The position numbers and the translations under genes were made by a program. A model generated the notes under the pieces. The model ran no database searches. It had not been told where the DNA came from and was given only the letters and a program-made list of their open reading frames with translations. 32,000 nt of DNA from Chitinimonas sp. BJYL2 (GTDB lineage Bacteria > Pseudomonadota > Gammaproteobacteria > Burkholderiales > Chitinimonadaceae), in assembly GCF_027257935.1 (NCBI RefSeq), contig NZ_JANZKW010000001.1, positions 1,124,062-1,156,061 of the forward strand. The letters are read 5' to 3'. This document shows, piece by piece, positions 10,510 to 21,310 of this stretch (its first letter is position 1; each line of letters begins with the position of its first letter).

Positions 10510-10917
10510 ATGCACCAACAAAACGCTAACATCCGCGAGTTTTCTCGACCCCTCAACCCGGCCGAGAAACTCAGGAAACAGATTCGTGCCGTGCTGCTCG
10601 TGATGTCGATCCTTACCGGGGTCGTTGCCGCGACAGCATTTTTTATCGCCGGTCCCCGCGCGATGCTCGCCGCCAGCTGTGGTGGTTTGAGCCAGATCGT
10701 GGCGGTGTGGGCGTATGGCCGGATCAGCCGATCCGACGGAATTCCGGCACCCAAGACGATCCTTGCCCGCTTCCTGCTGGCAGAGATCGCCAAGATAGTG
10801 ATCGCGCTTGTGCTCTTGCTCGCGGGCTATCTCTTCTTTGGTGCGCATGTGCTGTGGTTTGCCGCTGCCTTCGTGGTGGTGCTCGCAGCCTACTTGCTGG
10901 TACTGATTTCCAAGTAA
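10510..10917 (+). CDS. atpI: F-type ATP synthase accessory protein AtpI
   Basis: 135-aa small hydrophobic protein immediately upstream of atpB, with four predicted hydrophobic segments. The call rests on position and size typical of AtpI, and sequence conservation in this family is weak. Confidence 0.7.
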   Translation: MHQQNANIREFSRPLNPAEKLRKQIRAVLLVMSILTGVVAATAFFIAGPRAMLAASCGGLSQIVAVWAYGRISRSDGIPAPKTILARFLLAEIAKIVIALVLLLAGYLFFGAHVLWFAAAFVVVLAAYLLVLISK

Positions 10918-10937
10918 TCGAGATTGACGCTAAACCT

Positions 10938-11783
10938 ATGTCGGCCGCTAATCACGCCCCCGCCAATCCCACCGAATATATCCAGCATCACCTCGTCAAC
11001 CTGCGCACCCCGCAGTACGACGGCGGCTTCTGGACCTTCCACCTCGATACCTTCTGGATCTCCCTGATCCTCGGTTTTGCTTTCCTGGCCATCTTTGGTC
11101 TGGTTGCGCGCCGTGCCAGTGTCGACAAGCCTGGCAAGTTCCAGCTCTTCATCGAGCTGGTGGTCGAGCTGGTGGCCTCTACCACCAAGGACGTTTTCCA
11201 CGGCAAGAGCACGCTGGTCGCCCCGCTGGGCCTGACCGTGTTCGTCTGGATCGTGCTGATGAACGCGATGGACTTCCTGCCGGTGGACTTCCTGCCCATG
11301 GTCGCCAGCTGGTTCGGTCTTGGCTACTTGAAGGTCGTGCCCACGGCTGACATCAACCAGACACTGGCCATGTCGCTGTCCGTCATCTTCCTGACCCTGT
11401 TCCTGGGTGTGCAGGCCAAGGGTCTGGGCGGCTTCCTCAAAGAATTCTTCACCGCGCCGTTCCACGCCGAGAGCCTGCCGATGACCATCGTGCTGATCCC
11501 GGTAAACGCCGCCATGCAGCTGATCGAATACGGCTCGCGCATCCTCAGTCTGGCCCTGCGTCTGGCCGGCAACATGTTCGCCGGCGAGCTGGTGTTCATG
11601 CTGATCGCCCTGCTGGGCGCCACTTGGACCGGTTTCAACTTCGGTTCGCTGGCTACCGCATTCGGCCAGATCGTTGCCGGTTCGGTGTGGGCCATCTTCC
11701 ACATCCTGATCGTGATCCTGCAAGCCTACATCTTCATGATGCTGACCATCGTGTACTGCTCGATGGCGGTTGAAGAGCACTAA
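10938..11783 (+). CDS. atpB: F0F1 ATP synthase subunit a
   Basis: From the ATG at 10938: MSAANHAPANPTEYIQHHLVNL...LSLALRLAGNMFAGE (conserved essential Arg region)...ILQAYIFMMLTIVY. The track start at 10707 would overlap atpI and is rejected. Confidence 0.95.
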   Translation: MSAANHAPANPTEYIQHHLVNLRTPQYDGGFWTFHLDTFWISLILGFAFLAIFGLVARRASVDKPGKFQLFIELVVELVASTTKDVFHGKSTLVAPLGLTVFVWIVLMNAMDFLPVDFLPMVASWFGLGYLKVVPTADINQTLAMSLSVIFLTLFLGVQAKGLGGFLKEFFTAPFHAESLPMTIVLIPVNAAMQLIEYGSRILSLALRLAGNMFAGELVFMLIALLGATWTGFNFGSLATAFGQIVAGSVWAIFHILIVILQAYIFMMLTIVYCSMAVEEH

Positions 11784-11882
11784 GCCTTCACCGGCAAGCT
11801 GCTACTGATTTCGTCGTACCGTTTTCGCAAGTTCCGTTTCAACCTTTTTGTTTTTAACTAACCATCCTCTGGGAGTAAGTAA

Positions 11883-12155
<273 letters not shown>

Positions 12156-12191
12156 CTCCGGCTCATCTAATAACCGAGTCGAGGTTCAACA

Positions 12192-12662
12192 ATGGACATT
12201 AATGCGTCCCTGATTTTGCAGGCGCTGGTGTTCGCTGTCCTGATCGTGTTCACGTGGAAGTTCATCTGGCCTCCACTGATCGCGACTCTGGATGAGCGTG
12301 CCAAGCGCATTGCCGAGGGCCTGTCCGCTGCCGACCGCGCCAAGCACGACCTGGAGCTCGCTGAAAAGCGTGCTGCCGAGGAACTGCGCAAGGCCAAGTC
12401 GCAAGCGGCAGAAATCATTGCCCAGGCCGAGAAGCGTGCCACGCAGATTGTCGATGAAGCGAAGGATGCCGCTCGTACCGAAGGTGACCGTCTGATCGCC
12501 GGCGCTCGCGCCGAAGTGGATCAGCAGGTTCACCAAGCCAAGGAAACCCTGCGTCTGCAGGTGTCCGAACTGGCTGTTATCGGTGCCGAGAAGATCCTGC
12601 GTCGCGAAATCGATGCTGCCCGTCACGCCGAATTGCTGGCCGGCCTGAAAGCGGAGCTGTAA
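12192..12662 (+). CDS. atpF: F0F1 ATP synthase subunit b
   Basis: 156 aa. Single N-terminal TM helix ([23 protein letters not shown]), then a long charged helical region. Position between atpE and atpH. Confidence 0.93.
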   Translation: MDINASLILQALVFAVLIVFTWKFIWPPLIATLDERAKRIAEGLSAADRAKHDLELAEKRAAEELRKAKSQAAEIIAQAEKRATQIVDEAKDAARTEGDRLIAGARAEVDQQVHQAKETLRLQVSELAVIGAEKILRREIDAARHAELLAGLKAEL

Positions 12663-12665
12663 TCC

Positions 12666-13202
12666 GTGGCTGAACTGATCACCGTCGCAAGACCCTATGC
12701 CGAAGCCGTGTTTCGTCTGGCCAAGGAAACGAACAGTCTGAGCGCTTGGTCCGATGCGCTGGCCATTCTGGCCGCCGCGGGCCGCGAGCCGCAGGCTGTC
12801 GCGTTTGCTACCAACCCGAAATTCTCGGTATCGCAGGTTCAAGCGTTCCTGACCGATCTCTTGGGCGCGCGCGCCACGTCGCATGTGGGCAACTTTGTTG
12901 CCACCGTGCTGGAAAGCCGCCGCTTTGCCCTGCTGCCGCACATTGCCGACCTGTTCGAGCAATTGAAAGCAGCAGAAGAAGGCTCGGTTACGGCGCACAT
13001 CGAGTCGGCGTTCGCGCTTGACGCGGCCCAGGTTGCGGAACTGACCGCAATGCTGGCCAACCGTGTTGGCAAGAAGGTCGAAGCCGTCGTCAGCGTCGAT
13101 GCCGAATTGATCGGTGGCGTGCGCATGGTGGTCGGCGATGACGTCATTGACGCCTCGGTGCGCGGCAAGCTTGCTGCCCTGTCGGCCCGTCTCGCCAGCT
13201 AA
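12666..13202 (+). CDS. atpH: F0F1 ATP synthase subunit delta
   Basis: 178 aa. [20 protein letters not shown]-terminus (OSCP/delta signature), C-terminal [25 protein letters not shown] start 3 nt after the atpF stop. Confidence 0.93.
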   Translation: MAELITVARPYAEAVFRLAKETNSLSAWSDALAILAAAGREPQAVAFATNPKFSVSQVQAFLTDLLGARATSHVGNFVATVLESRRFALLPHIADLFEQLKAAEEGSVTAHIESAFALDAAQVAELTAMLANRVGKKVEAVVSVDAELIGGVRMVVGDDVIDASVRGKLAALSARLAS

Positions 13203-13234
13203 GGCTGGTTGAGCAACCAATTGGAGTGCTAACA

Positions 13235-14776
13235 ATGCAATTGAATCCGTCCGAGATCAGCGATCTGATCAAGAGCAAGATTCAAAACCTGTCCGCAGGT
13301 GCTGAAAGCCGTACCACCGGTACGGTCGTTTCGGTGTCCGACGGCATCGTCCGCATCCACGGCTTGTCCGAAGTGATGCAGGGCGAAATGCTCGAATTCG
13401 TGGGCAATACCTTCGGTCTCGCACTGAACCTCGAGCGTGACTCGGTCGGTGCCGTGGTGCTGGGTGACTACGAACACATTTCCGAAGGTTCGGAAGTGAA
13501 GTGTACCGGTCGCATCCTGGAAGTGCCGGTGGGTCCTGAGCTGCGTGGCCGCGTGGTCAACGCACTGGGTCAGCCCATCGACGGCAAGGGCCCGATCAAC
13601 GCCAAGCTGTCCAGCCCGATCGAAAAGATCGCCCCCGGCGTTATCGCCCGTCAATCGGTGTCGCAGCCGCTGCAAACCGGTATCAAGGCCATTGACGCCA
13701 TGGTGCCGGTTGGCCGTGGTCAGCGCGAACTGATCATTGGTGACCGCCAGACCGGCAAGACCGCCGTGGCCCTGGACGCGATCATCAACCAGAAGGGTAA
13801 CGGCGTTACCTGTATCTACGTTGCTATCGGCCAGAAGGCTTCGTCGATCGCCAACGTGGTGCGCAAGCTCGAAGAGCACGGCGCGCTGGATCACACCATC
13901 GTGGTTGCCGCCTCGGCTTCCGAATCGGCCGCGATGCAGTACCTGTCGCCCTACGCCGGTTGCGCCATGGGTGAATACTTCCGCGACATCGGCGAAGATG
14001 CCCTGATCGTATACGACGACTTGTCCAAGCAAGCCGTTGCCTACCGTCAGATCTCGCTGCTGCTGCGTCGTCCGCCGGGCCGCGAAGCCTACCCGGGCGA
14101 TGTGTTCTACATCCACTCGCGTCTGCTCGAGCGTGCATCGCGCGTCAACGAAGACTACATCGAGAAGATCACCAACGGCGCCGTGAAGGGCAAGACCGGT
14201 TCGCTGACCGCGCTGCCGATCATCGAAACCCAAGCCGGTGACGTGTCCGCCTTCGTGCCGACCAACGTGATCTCGATTACCGACGGCCAGATCTTCCTGG
14301 AATCGGACCTGTTCAACGCCGGTATCCGCCCCGCCATCAACGCCGGTATCTCGGTGTCGCGCGTCGGTGGTGCTGCACAGACCAAGGTCGTCAAGAAGCT
14401 CGCCGGTGGTATCCGTACCGCCCTCGCCCAGTACCGTGAACTGGCCGCCTTTGCGCAGTTTGCTTCCGATCTGGACGAAGCGACCCGCAAGCAGCTGGAC
14501 CGCGGCCGCCTGGTGACCGAACTGCTGAAGCAAGGCCAATACGCCCCGTTCAAGGTGTCGCAGCTGTCCGTGACCCTGTACGCCGTGGAAAAGGGTCTGG
14601 CGGATGACGTTCCGGTTGAGAAGGCCCTGGCTTTCGAAGCTGCCCTGTATGCCTATGTGAAGGCCAACCACGCCGAAATCATCGCTGAGATGGACGGCAA
14701 GGGTGAGCTGTCTGGCGACAACGACAAGAAGCTGGCGGAAGCCATCAAGTCGTTCAAGGCCAACGGCGCTTTCTGA
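13235..14776 (+). CDS. atpA: F0F1 ATP synthase subunit alpha
   Basis: [16 protein letters not shown]..., Walker [35 protein letters not shown]. The ATG at 13235 has GGAG 8 nt upstream. The track start at 13226 is a GTG three codons earlier. Confidence 0.97.
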   Translation: MQLNPSEISDLIKSKIQNLSAGAESRTTGTVVSVSDGIVRIHGLSEVMQGEMLEFVGNTFGLALNLERDSVGAVVLGDYEHISEGSEVKCTGRILEVPVGPELRGRVVNALGQPIDGKGPINAKLSSPIEKIAPGVIARQSVSQPLQTGIKAIDAMVPVGRGQRELIIGDRQTGKTAVALDAIINQKGNGVTCIYVAIGQKASSIANVVRKLEEHGALDHTIVVAASASESAAMQYLSPYAGCAMGEYFRDIGEDALIVYDDLSKQAVAYRQISLLLRRPPGREAYPGDVFYIHSRLLERASRVNEDYIEKITNGAVKGKTGSLTALPIIETQAGDVSAFVPTNVISITDGQIFLESDLFNAGIRPAINAGISVSRVGGAAQTKVVKKLAGGIRTALAQYRELAAFAQFASDLDEATRKQLDRGRLVTELLKQGQYAPFKVSQLSVTLYAVEKGLADDVPVEKALAFEAALYAYVKANHAEIIAEMDGKGELSGDNDKKLAEAIKSFKANGAF

Positions 14777-14804
14777 TTTGATCTAACGAGAGAAAGGTCA
14801 AGTC

Positions 14805-15671
14805 ATGGCAGGCGGCAAGGAAATTCGTAACAAGATCAAGAGCGTGCAAAACACGCGCAAGATCACCCGCGCCATGGAAATGGTCGCCGCGTCCAAGATG
14901 CGCAAGGCCCAAGCCCGGATGAAGGCAGCACGTCCTTACGGTGAAAAGATCCGTAACGTGACTGCCCACCTGGCTCAGGCCCTGCTGGACTACGCGCACC
15001 CGTTCCTGACCAAGCGTGCGCAAGTGAAGCGCGCCGGCATTATCGTGGTCACCACCGACAAGGGCCTGTGTGGCGGTCTCAACACCAACGTGTTGCGTAC
15101 TGCGCTGGGCCAGATGAAGGCCTGGCAACAGGCTGGCGTCGAAGTCGATGTGACGGCTATCGGTAACAAGGGCTTTGGCTTCATGCAGCGCGCTGGCGGC
15201 CGTGTGGTTTCGCACGTCGTGCAGCTCGGTGATACGCCGCACCTCGACAAACTGATCGGCCCGGTCAAGGTCATGCTTGATGCTTACGTGGCCGGCCAGA
15301 TCGATGAACTGCATATCGTCTACACCCGCTTCATCAACACGATGCGGCAGGAGCCGGTGATGGAGCAACTGCTCCCCGTGCCGGCTGATCGCATGCAACC
15401 GGTGAGCGACCATCCGTTCGAGTACATCTACGAACCGGCGCCGGAAGTGGTGATTGACGATCTGCTTGTTCGCTATATCGAGGCGCTGGTTTACCAGGCA
15501 GTCGCCGAAAACATCGCTTCCGAACAAAGCGCGCGGATGGTGGCCATGAAGGCCGCTTCCGACAACGCCGGAACGGTGATTGATGAGCTCAAGCTGGTCT
15601 ACAACAAGACCCGCCAGGCAGCCATCACCAAGGAACTGTCGGAAATCGTCGCCGGTGCAGCCGCAGTTTGA
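14805..15671 (+). CDS. atpG: F0F1 ATP synthase subunit gamma
   Basis: [37 protein letters not shown]-terminus and [16 protein letters not shown]-terminus, both canonical gamma-subunit helices. Confidence 0.97.
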   Translation: MAGGKEIRNKIKSVQNTRKITRAMEMVAASKMRKAQARMKAARPYGEKIRNVTAHLAQALLDYAHPFLTKRAQVKRAGIIVVTTDKGLCGGLNTNVLRTALGQMKAWQQAGVEVDVTAIGNKGFGFMQRAGGRVVSHVVQLGDTPHLDKLIGPVKVMLDAYVAGQIDELHIVYTRFINTMRQEPVMEQLLPVPADRMQPVSDHPFEYIYEPAPEVVIDDLLVRYIEALVYQAVAENIASEQSARMVAMKAASDNAGTVIDELKLVYNKTRQAAITKELSEIVAGAAAV

Positions 15672-15694
15672 TCGCAGCGCGGAACAGTATTTAA

Positions 15695-17131
<1,437 letters not shown>

Positions 17132-17141
17132 GGGGTAGGAA

Positions 17142-17567
17142 ATGGCCATGACCATGCATGTGGACGTTGTCAGCGCTGAAGAGCAGATCTACTCGGGTAC
17201 GGCCGAATTCCTGGCCGCCCCCGGCGAGATGGGCGAAATCGGTGTGCTGCCACGTCACGCTCCGTTGCTCACCCGCATCAAAGCGGGCGCGCTGCGCATC
17301 AAGGTCGCCAACAGCAACGATGAGGAAGTCCTGGTCTACGTGTCCGGTGGCATCCTCGAAGTGCAGCCGCACGTGGTAACGGTGCTTGCCGATACCGCCA
17401 TCCGCGGCAGCGATCTGGATGAAGCAAAAGCGCTGGAAGCCAAGCGACTGGCCGAGGAAGCACTGGTCAACCGCACGGGCAATATCGACTACGCCTCGGC
17501 GCAAGCCGAACTGGCGGAAGCCGTTGCCCAGCTGGCCGCGATCAAGAAGCTCAAGAATCGCGCCTGA
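17142..17567 (+). CDS. atpC: F0F1 ATP synthase subunit epsilon
   Basis: [19 protein letters not shown] closely resembles the enterobacterial AtpC N-terminus. 141 aa and last gene of the operon. Confidence 0.95.
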   Translation: MAMTMHVDVVSAEEQIYSGTAEFLAAPGEMGEIGVLPRHAPLLTRIKAGALRIKVANSNDEEVLVYVSGGILEVQPHVVTVLADTAIRGSDLDEAKALEAKRLAEEALVNRTGNIDYASAQAELAEAVAQLAAIKKLKNRA

Positions 17568-17589
17568 TCAGGCAAGTCCGAAGCACCAG

Positions 17590-17623
17590 AAAAAGGCCAG
17601 CGCAAGCTGGCCTTTTTCTTTTT
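17590..17623 (+). terminator. Intrinsic terminator of the atp operon
   Basis: GGCCAGC (17595-17601), loop GCAA, GCTGGCC (17606-17612), followed by TTTTTCTTTTT. Lies 23 nt after the atpC stop. Confidence 0.85.
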
Positions 17624-17674
17624 GTCCGCAGGCGATGATAATGCCGGACCAACTTGTACCGACTGGATACTTGA

Positions 17675-19048
17675 ATGCCGCTCAATGTGATCATTCTGGC
17701 CGCTGGCCAGGGCAAGCGCATGAATTCGATTCTGCCGAAGGTGCTCCAGCCGATTGCCGGCCGGCCCATGCTCGCGCATGTACTGGCCACGGGGCGGCAG
17801 CTGTCGGCGGACCGCCTGGTCGTGGTCTACGGTCACGGTGGCGATCAGGTCCGCGCCGCGTTTGCGGGCGACGAAGGCGTTAGCTGGGCCCTTCAGGCCG
17901 AGCAGCTCGGTACCGGGCATGCGGTGGCGCAAGCACTGCCGGCATGCGGTGAGGGCATGGCGCTGATTCTCTACGGGGACTGTCCCTTAATCAGCCCTGC
18001 GACCTTGCAAAAGCTGCTATCGGCGGCAGGAGATGGTGGCATGGCGGTGTTGACGGCACATCTCGACAACCCGACCGGTTACGGCCGGATTGTCCGTGAT
18101 CCGGCAGGGCGGATTGTCCGCATCGTCGAGCAGAAGGATGCCAGCGATGCCGAGCGGCAGATTCAGGAAATCAATACCGGCTTCATTGCCGCGCCGATGG
18201 CACGTCTGCGGGACTGGTTGCCAAGGCTCAAGAACGCCAATGCCCAAGGCGAGTACTACCTGACCGATGTCATCGCGATGGCTGTGGCCGATGGCGTGAG
18301 TGTGGCGGGCGTTCTCGCTGCCGATCCCTGGGAGCCGGCGGGGGTAAATGACAAGCGGCAACTGGCCGAGCTGGAGCGTGTATACCAGCGCCAGCAAGCC
18401 GACCGACTGTTGGCGGCCGGGGTCACACTGATAGATCCGGCACGCTTTGATCTGCGTGGCACCGTTCAGCATGGCCAGGATCTGGAAATCGATGTCAACG
18501 TGATTCTCGAAGGCGACAACCACTTTGGCCATGGTGTCCGGATCGGCCCCAACTGTTATCTGCGTAATGTGCGACTGGGTGATGGTGTCGTCATCAAGGC
18601 GAATACCGTGATTGAAGACAGCGTGATTGGTGCCGGTTCGGATCTGGGCCCCTTTGCCCGCGTGCGGCCGGATTCCGTGCTCGGTGAGCGCGTGCATATC
18701 GGCAATTTTGTTGAACTCAAGAAGGCGCGCCTGGGCAATGGCGCCAAGGCGGGTCATCTGGCCTATTTGGGCGATGCGGTGATCGGCGAGCGCGTGAATG
18801 TGTCGGCGGGGGTGATCACCTGTAACTATGACGGCGCCAACAAATTCGTGACGACCATCGGGGACGATGCCTTCATCGGCTCGGATAGCCAGCTCGTGGC
18901 ACCGGTTACGATTGCCCCGCGCGCTTATGTGGCCGCCGGTTCAACGATTACCAAGGATGCACCAGCGGATGCGTTGACGATTTGCCGGGCGCGCGATCAG
19001 CGCAGTGTCACAGGCTGGAAGCGACCAACCAAGCCCAAGGCGGACTAG
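17675..19048 (+). CDS. glmU: Bifunctional GlcNAc-1-phosphate uridyltransferase / glucosamine-1-phosphate acetyltransferase GlmU
   Basis: N-terminal VIILAAGQGKRM nucleotide-binding motif, AEQLGTGHAV, C-terminal left-handed beta-helix hexapeptide repeats, NYDGANK. 457 aa. Confidence 0.96.
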   Translation: MPLNVIILAAGQGKRMNSILPKVLQPIAGRPMLAHVLATGRQLSADRLVVVYGHGGDQVRAAFAGDEGVSWALQAEQLGTGHAVAQALPACGEGMALILYGDCPLISPATLQKLLSAAGDGGMAVLTAHLDNPTGYGRIVRDPAGRIVRIVEQKDASDAERQIQEINTGFIAAPMARLRDWLPRLKNANAQGEYYLTDVIAMAVADGVSVAGVLAADPWEPAGVNDKRQLAELERVYQRQQADRLLAAGVTLIDPARFDLRGTVQHGQDLEIDVNVILEGDNHFGHGVRIGPNCYLRNVRLGDGVVIKANTVIEDSVIGAGSDLGPFARVRPDSVLGERVHIGNFVELKKARLGNGAKAGHLAYLGDAVIGERVNVSAGVITCNYDGANKFVTTIGDDAFIGSDSQLVAPVTIAPRAYVAAGSTITKDAPADALTICRARDQRSVTGWKRPTKPKAD

Positions 19049-19156
19049 TTTATGCAAATAACATTTTTTGTCGGTAAAAAATAATGACGTAAACATACAC
19101 CCATCATGCGCACTCCTGATTAGACTTGAGCAATACCAGTATTAACGGAGCAGATC
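19049..19156 (+). promoter_or_regulatory. AT-rich spacer between glmU and glmS; candidate independent glmS promoter or operator region
   Basis: 108 bp that is conspicuously AT-rich in a GC-rich window. Contains the AT palindrome ATTTTTT-N6-AAAAAAT (19063-19082) and an AATAAT hexamer (19080-19085). SD ACGGAG lies 6 nt before the glmS ATG. No -35/-10 pair with canonical spacing could be fixed by eye. Confidence 0.35.
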
Positions 19157-20980
19157 ATGTGCGGCATTGTGGGTGCGATTGCAAGACGGGATGTTGTCGG
19201 TCATCTGATTGATGGCCTCAAGCGGCTGGAATATCGGGGGTACGACTCCTCCGGGATTGCCGTGGTCAACGAGGATATCCGCCGGGTACGGCGCGTGGGC
19301 CGGGTGGCGGAAATGGAAGCCGCGGCGCAGCAAGACGGTATCAGCGGCGTGCTGGGCATTGGCCACACGCGCTGGGCAACCCATGGCGGCGTGACCGAGC
19401 CCAATGCCCATCCCCATGTGTCGGGCGGTGTCGCCGTGGTCCACAACGGCATCATCGAGAACCATGAACCCCAGCGTCAGCGGCTGCAAGCGCTAGGGTA
19501 TGTGTTCGAGTCGCAGACCGATACCGAGGTGATCGCCCATCTGGTCGAACATTATCTGCAGGAGACCGGCGAGCTGTTTGCCGCGGTACGCCGTGCCGTT
19601 GCCGATCTGCACGGAGCCTACGCGATCGGCGTGGTGTCTCTGGCGCAGCCTGATCTGCTGGTGTGCGCCCGCATGGGTTGCCCCTTGTTGATTGGCTTGG
19701 GGGAGGGAGAGCATTTCATTGCCTCCGACGTCTCGGCCGTCTTGTCCGCAACGCGCCGGGTAATGTTCCTCGAAGAGGGCGATGTGGCCGCCCTTCGTTG
19801 CGATTCACTCACGGTGCTTGATGCGCAGGGTCAACCGGCTGCGCGCGCGATCCATATATCCGATGTCTCGCTCGCGTCGCTGGAACTGGGCCCCTACAGC
19901 CACTTCATGCAGAAGGAAATTCACGAGCAGCCCAAAGCACTCGCCGACACGATCGAGCAGGTGCTTGAGCAGGGTTTCAGCCCCGCGCTGTTTGGTGATG
20001 TCGACGGGACACAACTGGCCGGGGTGACCGGTGTGCAGATCATCGCCTGCGGTACCAGCTTCTATGCCGGTTCGGTCGCCAAGTACTGGATCGAAAGCAT
20101 TGCCAAGCTGCCCTGCGCGGTGGAGATTGCCAGCGAGTACCGCTACCGCGATGTGGCGGCGGACCCGAATCACTTGATCGTGACGATCTCGCAATCGGGC
20201 GAGACGCTGGATACGATGGAGGCGCTCAAATACGCCAAGTCACTGGGTCATCAACACACGCTCGCCATCTGCAATGTGCGCGAATCGGCCATCCCACGCG
20301 CCAGCAGCATGGTGTTCTACACGCGTGCAGGCGCAGAGATCGGCGTGGCGTCGACCAAGGCCTTCACGACCCAACTCGCTGCGCTATTCACCCTGGCTGC
20401 CACGCTGGCCAAGCTCAAGCACAGGCTCGATGCAAATCACGAGGCTGCGTGCCTGGATGCGCTGCGGCAGCTGCCGGGCAGCGTGCAGCATGCGCTCAAT
20501 CTGGAGCCGCAGATCCGGCCGTGGGCGGAGCGCTTTGCCAGCAAGCAGCACGCTTTGTACCTCGGCCGCGGCGTGCATTATCCGATTGCGATGGAAGGCG
20601 CGCTCAAGCTCAAGGAGATCACCTACATCCACGCAGAAGCCTATGCAGCTGGCGAGCTCAAGCATGGCCCCTTGGCCTTGGTTGATGAGGATATGCCGGT
20701 TGTTGTCATCGCACCCAACGACACCTTGCTGGAAAAAGTGAAGTCGAACATGCAGGAAGTGCGTGCGCGCGGCGGCGAGCTGTTCGTGTTTGCCGATCTC
20801 GACAGCCACTTCGGCGAATCCGATGGCATCCATGTGATCCGCACCCCACGCCATGTGGGCATGCTGAGCCCGGTGGTCCATGCCATTCCGGTGCAGATGC
20901 TGGCCTACCATGCAGCGCTGGCACGCGGGACCGATGTGGACAAGCCACGTAACCTGGCCAAGAGCGTCACGGTCGAATAG
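19157..20980 (+). CDS. glmS: Glutamine--fructose-6-phosphate aminotransferase (isomerizing) GlmS
   Basis: MCGIVGAI N-terminal nucleophile Cys, [11 protein letters not shown], two SIS domains (SQSGETLDT), C-terminal [12 protein letters not shown]. 607 aa. Confidence 0.98.
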   Translation: MCGIVGAIARRDVVGHLIDGLKRLEYRGYDSSGIAVVNEDIRRVRRVGRVAEMEAAAQQDGISGVLGIGHTRWATHGGVTEPNAHPHVSGGVAVVHNGIIENHEPQRQRLQALGYVFESQTDTEVIAHLVEHYLQETGELFAAVRRAVADLHGAYAIGVVSLAQPDLLVCARMGCPLLIGLGEGEHFIASDVSAVLSATRRVMFLEEGDVAALRCDSLTVLDAQGQPAARAIHISDVSLASLELGPYSHFMQKEIHEQPKALADTIEQVLEQGFSPALFGDVDGTQLAGVTGVQIIACGTSFYAGSVAKYWIESIAKLPCAVEIASEYRYRDVAADPNHLIVTISQSGETLDTMEALKYAKSLGHQHTLAICNVRESAIPRASSMVFYTRAGAEIGVASTKAFTTQLAALFTLAATLAKLKHRLDANHEAACLDALRQLPGSVQHALNLEPQIRPWAERFASKQHALYLGRGVHYPIAMEGALKLKEITYIHAEAYAAGELKHGPLALVDEDMPVVVIAPNDTLLEKVKSNMQEVRARGGELFVFADLDSHFGESDGIHVIRTPRHVGMLSPVVHAIPVQMLAYHAALARGTDVDKPRNLAKSVTVE

Positions 20981-21067
20981 CTTAGGGCTACGCCTGTCGT
21001 TGGTCGGCATAGGCCAAAGGGATACGGAAAGCCGTGGCAGAATGGCGCCTCCATTGAGGAGCTACCC

Positions 21068-21250
21068 ATGAAGATCCGTATCCCATTACCCAAACCACGC
21101 AACTCGGTCGCACCGGCAGCCAGCGCCCGCGTAGGTGGTGCGCATGGAAAACCGGCCAAGGCCAAGCGGCGGGATGCCAAGCAGGCGCTACAAGTCGCCA
21201 TCAAGCAAGGGCGGGAAGTTTTTCCCGCCCTTGCTGTTTGTGGGGTCTGA
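21068..21250 (+). CDS. Small basic hypothetical protein (60 aa)
   Basis: Strong SD GAGGAG 6 nt upstream of the ATG. Sequence is MKIRIPLPKPRNSVAPAASARVGGAHGKPAKAKRRDAKQALQVAIKQGRE..., Lys/Arg-rich. From memory, similar KPRN...GAHGK...RR..K small proteins occur in other betaproteobacteria (unverified). The 3-prime end runs through a terminator hairpin. Confidence 0.5.
   Translation: MKIRIPLPKPRNSVAPAASARVGGAHGKPAKAKRRDAKQALQVAIKQGREVFPALAVCGV
21204..21240 (+). terminator. Intrinsic terminator for the glmS / small-ORF transcript
   Basis: Perfect 12-bp stem: GCAAGGGCGGGA (21204-21215) pairs with TCCCGCCCTTGC (21222-21233), loop AGTTTT, followed by a T-rich TGTTTGT. Confidence 0.75.
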
Positions 21251-21265
21251 ACGGACTGGGTGCAA

Positions 21266-21292
21266 TGAAAAAGGCCCCACCGGGGTGGGGCC
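21266..21292 (-). terminator. Intrinsic terminator of the TonB-dependent receptor gene
   Basis: GGCCCCAC (21273-21280) pairs with GTGGGGCC (21285-21292), loop CGGG. On the minus strand it is followed by TTTTT (complement of 21268-21272). Lies 19 nt downstream of the receptor stop. Confidence 0.8.
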
Positions 21293-21310
21293 TCAAGAAG
21301 GGCTACAGGC

